From contig JBHLLF010000013.1 in assembly GCA_048885865.1 (NCBI GenBank), forward strand, positions 1 through 64,000: a stretch of DNA of 64,000 nucleotides, given 5' to 3'. The stretch is from Candidatus Hermodarchaeota archaeon (GTDB lineage: Archaea > Asgardarchaeota > Thorarchaeia > Thorarchaeales > Thorarchaeaceae). Below the pieces are notes generated by a model. That model searched no databases. It saw only the letters and a program-made list of their open reading frames with translations, and was not told where the DNA came from. Of this stretch, positions 60,542-64,000 are shown piece after piece (positions within the stretch are counted from its first letter, which is position 1; each line of letters starts with the position of its first letter). Made by a program: the position numbers and the translations under genes.

Positions 60542-61507
60542 ATGGCCAGTAAGCAACTCCGCCAAAGAGCAAAGGAGATTGCAGAGCAATATGGCTATCT
60601 GCCGTATATGATTGAACGCTACTTGGCATTGTGGGGCGAAGAGGAGACCATTCAGTTCATTGAAGCTTGTGAGGAGCAGATAACGACCTCTGTGAGGGTC
60701 AACACGCTCAAGATTGATCCTGATTCACTTCAAAAACGCCTGCGGCTCAAACAGGTAACACTGAGGGCTGTTGATTGGCTAGATGATGGCTTCTGGATGG
60801 ACTTCGAGGGCGCTCCTGGATCCCTATTTGAGCATATGCTCGGTTACTATTATGTTCAAGGAGTGCCATCCATGACTGTGACTAAAGTCTTGGATCCCCA
60901 ACCTGGAGAAACGGTCATAGACGTAGCTGCCGCTCCAGGCGGCAAAACCACGCATATTGCGCAATTGATGGAAAACGCTGGAACTGTGATTGCAGTAGAA
61001 CAGGACCGTCAACGTATAAAGAGCCTGGAGAGTAATATTCAGCGTTGCGGGGTGAGCAATGCCATAGTCCTCAGGGGTGATGCTAGGAAACTGGACAGAT
61101 TAGAGCAAACACCTGACAGAATCCTACTGGATTCACCTTGTTCAGGAGAAGGTCTCATTCCGCTAGACCCCACGAGAAAGACGAGTACATCTATGGCTGA
61201 CATTCGATTCTGTGCGACCAGGGAGGATGAGCTGCTGGAGGCTGCAGTGAACGCACTACCTTCCGGTGGGACTATGGTATATTCGACATGTTCCATTGCA
61301 CCGGAGGAGAACGAGTACATAGTTGACGAGGTTCTTGGCAGGCATCCGGATATGAGAGTAGTCCCCATAACGCTTGAGTTCGGCTCTCCGGGATACGCAC
61401 GACCATATGGGGTTGAATTGAGTGAATCAATGACTCTGACAAGAAGATTCCTGCCCCATCTTCATGGAACAGAGGGCTTCTTCATATGCAAAATGGAGAA
61501 AGAATAG
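60542..61507 (+). CDS. RsmB/NOP2/NSUN RNA m5C methyltransferase
   Basis: AAAPGGKT, DSPCSGEG, YSTCS. Confidence 0.95.
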   Translation: MASKQLRQRAKEIAEQYGYLPYMIERYLALWGEEETIQFIEACEEQITTSVRVNTLKIDPDSLQKRLRLKQVTLRAVDWLDDGFWMDFEGAPGSLFEHMLGYYYVQGVPSMTVTKVLDPQPGETVIDVAAAPGGKTTHIAQLMENAGTVIAVEQDRQRIKSLESNIQRCGVSNAIVLRGDARKLDRLEQTPDRILLDSPCSGEGLIPLDPTRKTSTSMADIRFCATREDELLEAAVNALPSGGTMVYSTCSIAPEENEYIVDEVLGRHPDMRVVPITLEFGSPGYARPYGVELSESMTLTRRFLPHLHGTEGFFICKMEKE

Positions 61508-61583
61508 GGGTTTCCAGCTGCTATGAAGCTCTAGCTTTTTAGGAGAAAATTCCAAGTTACCTCAAGGTTAGGCGTGGAGTGTC

Positions 61584-62357
61584 ATGGCGAGTGATGGAAT
61601 TGACATAAGAACCGAGGGTCTTTCAAAGAACTTCGGGACTATTCAAGCTCTCAAGGACCTGGATTTAGAGGTCAGGAAAGGAAGTACATTTGGATTCTTG
61701 GGCCCAAATGGAGCGGGAAAGACAACGACTGTCAGAATACTATCTGGGCTCCTCAGGCCCAGCGCGGGGAGAGCAACCGTCTGTGGATATGATGTGAACA
61801 AACAGAGAAATGAGATTAAGGCAGCAACAGGATTGCTGCCAGAGGCGCCAGGTCTGTATTCAAAGCTCTCAGCAGTCGAGTTTCTAGAGTTCATAGGCGC
61901 TCTAAATGACATGAGTGGAGAGATACTGAAACGCAGGATTGACAGCCTACTTGGCATACTGGGACTCGAGGGTCGTCAGAATGACTTACTGGAGAGCTAC
62001 AGCTCAGGAATGAAGCAAAAGGTGCTGGTTGCCTCAACAATCCTTCATGAGCCAAAGCTCGTGTTCCTTGATGAACCCACATCTCGACTCGATCCAGCTG
62101 CTAGTGCACTTGTGAAGGAGCTAATCTTGGCAATGGCCAAAGAAACAGAAACTACGTTCTTCATCTGCACCCACATGACAGACTTTGCAGAGGATGTCTG
62201 TGAGATTATTGGCATACTGAACGAGGGTGTTCTCACAACTTTAGGCACCCCACAGGATATCATCAAGAATGTAGAAGCATCTGACCTTGAAGAAGCATAT
62301 CTCAAGATTGTAGGTGGGGAAGTAGACAGAGAGTCACTACTGTCCTGGAGGCAGTGA
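61584..62357 (+). CDS. ABC transporter ATP-binding protein
   Basis: GPNGAGKTT, YSSGMKQK, FLDEPT. Confidence 0.95.
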   Translation: MASDGIDIRTEGLSKNFGTIQALKDLDLEVRKGSTFGFLGPNGAGKTTTVRILSGLLRPSAGRATVCGYDVNKQRNEIKAATGLLPEAPGLYSKLSAVEFLEFIGALNDMSGEILKRRIDSLLGILGLEGRQNDLLESYSSGMKQKVLVASTILHEPKLVFLDEPTSRLDPAASALVKELILAMAKETETTFFICTHMTDFAEDVCEIIGILNEGVLTTLGTPQDIIKNVEASDLEEAYLKIVGGEVDRESLLSWRQ

Positions 62358-62358
62358 T

Positions 62359-64000
62359 GTGACAAGGAAATGGCTGATCATAGCCAAGACTGAGTTTCTA
62401 GTTGCTACATCAAAGTTTCACACAAAGAGAAAGGCGGTATCTCTAGGCATTGTAACTGTTGCTATGATTTGGGCACTTTTCATCGCCCCTACCATCATGT
62501 CAGCATTTGTGAATCTCTTTGCTACTGAGATTCAACTGATTCTGGCCATTGCATTCCCCGGACTGATGAGATCAGTGATGCTACTTCTCTGGGTCATGGT
62601 GTTGTTCTACCCCATCTCATTTGCACTTCAAGAAATCAAGATAGGACAATGGGAGATAATGTTGAGTAACAATGTTAGGACTCGAGACATGCTCTTCGGA
62701 ACCTTCCTCGGCAAATTACCAAGCTATGGATTATTTGTGCTATTCTTAGCACCTGTGCTTATCTCACCCTTTGCAATCATGTACGAAGTATCACTAGTTG
62801 GGCAGGCTCTCATGTATGGCATTCTGTATGGCGCAGTTGTTAGTACATTGTGGTTCTCGAATGTCCTTTCTACAGCAATCCAAGCTAAACTCGGTGATTC
62901 ACCGAGAGGAAACGATATTGCAAAAGCCCTCAGCATGGTTGTTGCTGCTGTCGTCTTAATTCCCATGTATGGGCTCATATATATCGCAGGTCCATTAGGC
63001 GAAATCATGGGACTGGATGTCTTCCTAATTCTACCCTCGACATGGGGTGCTGATTTAATCACTTGGACTGCCATATACTTCAATGGGATTGGACTGCCTC
63101 AGTCCACTATCCTAGCCTTTGAGAGCATACTCCTCTTTGGGCCTGCAATTGATTTGCTCCTAATTTCTGTATTCTCTATCATCATGATTGGAATTGGATT
63201 CTCTGCGTCAGATCGGCTCTTCGCTATTCAAGCAGGAGCAAGAACAGAAGCAGTTACAACTGTTGGTCGAGAGAACTTGGTTCTTAGAGGAGTTAGGAGG
63301 CTGGTCGCTGGATCGTTCGGGGTGCTGATTGTCTCCTCAATGAAGGACTTTGGACGCAAAGCCCAGAATCTATCAAGAATAGGATATGGTGTGTTCATCT
63401 CTATTCTACTGCCCATTATCCTGAACTTTAGTGGCATAGGAGATCAAGTCGATGATCCTCTTTTCGTTCCTATGATGGCCATACTGATGACTGGAATGAT
63501 ACTAGCTATGGTGGGATCCATTGCCTTTGGAGGTGTTGGTTTTCTCGACTCAAAGGATCAACTTTGGATGCTCAAGGGGGCTCCAAATGGGGCGTCAAAA
63601 TTCATCAAAGCAAGAATTGTTTCACATGTTCTCTTTGCGGTTCCAGTCGTCATGATCTCCACGACATCTGTCACAGTCATACTGGGATTGGGAATTGTGG
63701 AGTTCCTGATGATGCTGGTCTACGTCTATTCGGTACTTTGTGGTGCAATTCTCATAGCGACTGGGATAACTGCAAACAATCCTGCATATGAGGACACCAA
63801 AAGCAGTGCATTCCAAATCAACACAGGACTAACGGTAATGATTATCATGCTGTCATCGATTATCACTCTAGTTTGGGGAATGATTATCATATTGGAGGAG
63901 GGAAACATCTCTCTAGGACTGTTGGTTAACATATTCCCTCTCCTGATAATAGGATCCATCATGATTTTCATTGGCACTAAGCGGCTCTCAATGCCTGACT
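62359..64000 (+). CDS. Putative ABC permease / polytopic membrane protein (runs off the window end)
   Basis: GTG after GGAGG; MTRKWLIIAKTEFLV...; hydrophobic frame read at both ends, still in frame at the window edge; absent from the ORF track, consistent with having no stop codon in the window. Confidence 0.8.
   Translation, partial: MTRKWLIIAKTEFLVATSKFHTKRKAVSLGIVTVAMIWALFIAPTIMSAFVNLFATEIQLILAIAFPGLMRSVMLLLWVMVLFYPISFALQEIKIGQWEIMLSNNVRTRDMLFGTFLGKLPSYGLFVLFLAPVLISPFAIMYEVSLVGQALMYGILYGAVVSTLWFSNVLSTAIQAKLGDSPRGNDIAKALSMVVAAVVLIPMYGLIYIAGPLGEIMGLDVFLILPSTWGADLITWTAIYFNGIGLPQSTILAFESILLFGPAIDLLLISVFSIIMIGIGFSASDRLFAIQAGARTEAVTTVGRENLVLRGVRRLVAGSFGVLIVSSMKDFGRKAQNLSRIGYGVFISILLPIILNFSGIGDQVDDPLFVPMMAILMTGMILAMVGSIAFGGVGFLDSKDQLWMLKGAPNGASKFIKARIVSHVLFAVPVVMISTTSVTVILGLGIVEFLMMLVYVYSVLCGAILIATGITANNPAYEDTKSSAFQINTGLTVMIIMLSSIITLVWGMIIILEEGNISLGLLVNIFPLLIIGSIMIFIGTKRLSMPD

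Overview
Archaeal genomic window, most likely an Asgard archaeon of Thorarchaeota type (inferred from two tandem profilins, several 22-aa 'IDLxPLxxC' LRR proteins and archaeal TrmB/Lrp regulators). The main signal is in the first ~11 kb. Four dispersed direct repeats (31-114, 1871-1954, 5755-5838, 9792-9874) each encode the C-terminal ~27 residues of ribosomal protein uS19 (FSNPMKQVRHGNPGIGATKSSAYVPLK*). They differ almost only at synonymous positions and separate 1.8-4 kb blocks of LRR and surface-protein genes. This looks like an integrase-less cassette array built by repeated insertion at the 3' end of rps19, whose intact copy should lie left of the window. The rest is mostly housekeeping and accessory genes. 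Notable items are a sulfotransferase next to an SCP2-arylsulfotransferase fusion, three tiny basic peptide ORFs missing from the ORF track and divergent from a wHTH regulator, tandem profilins, and a MoxR/DUF58 operon whose transglutaminase-like domain has lost its catalytic triad. Several structured intergenic elements are also present. No rRNA, tRNA, CRISPR array, integrase or transposase was recognised.
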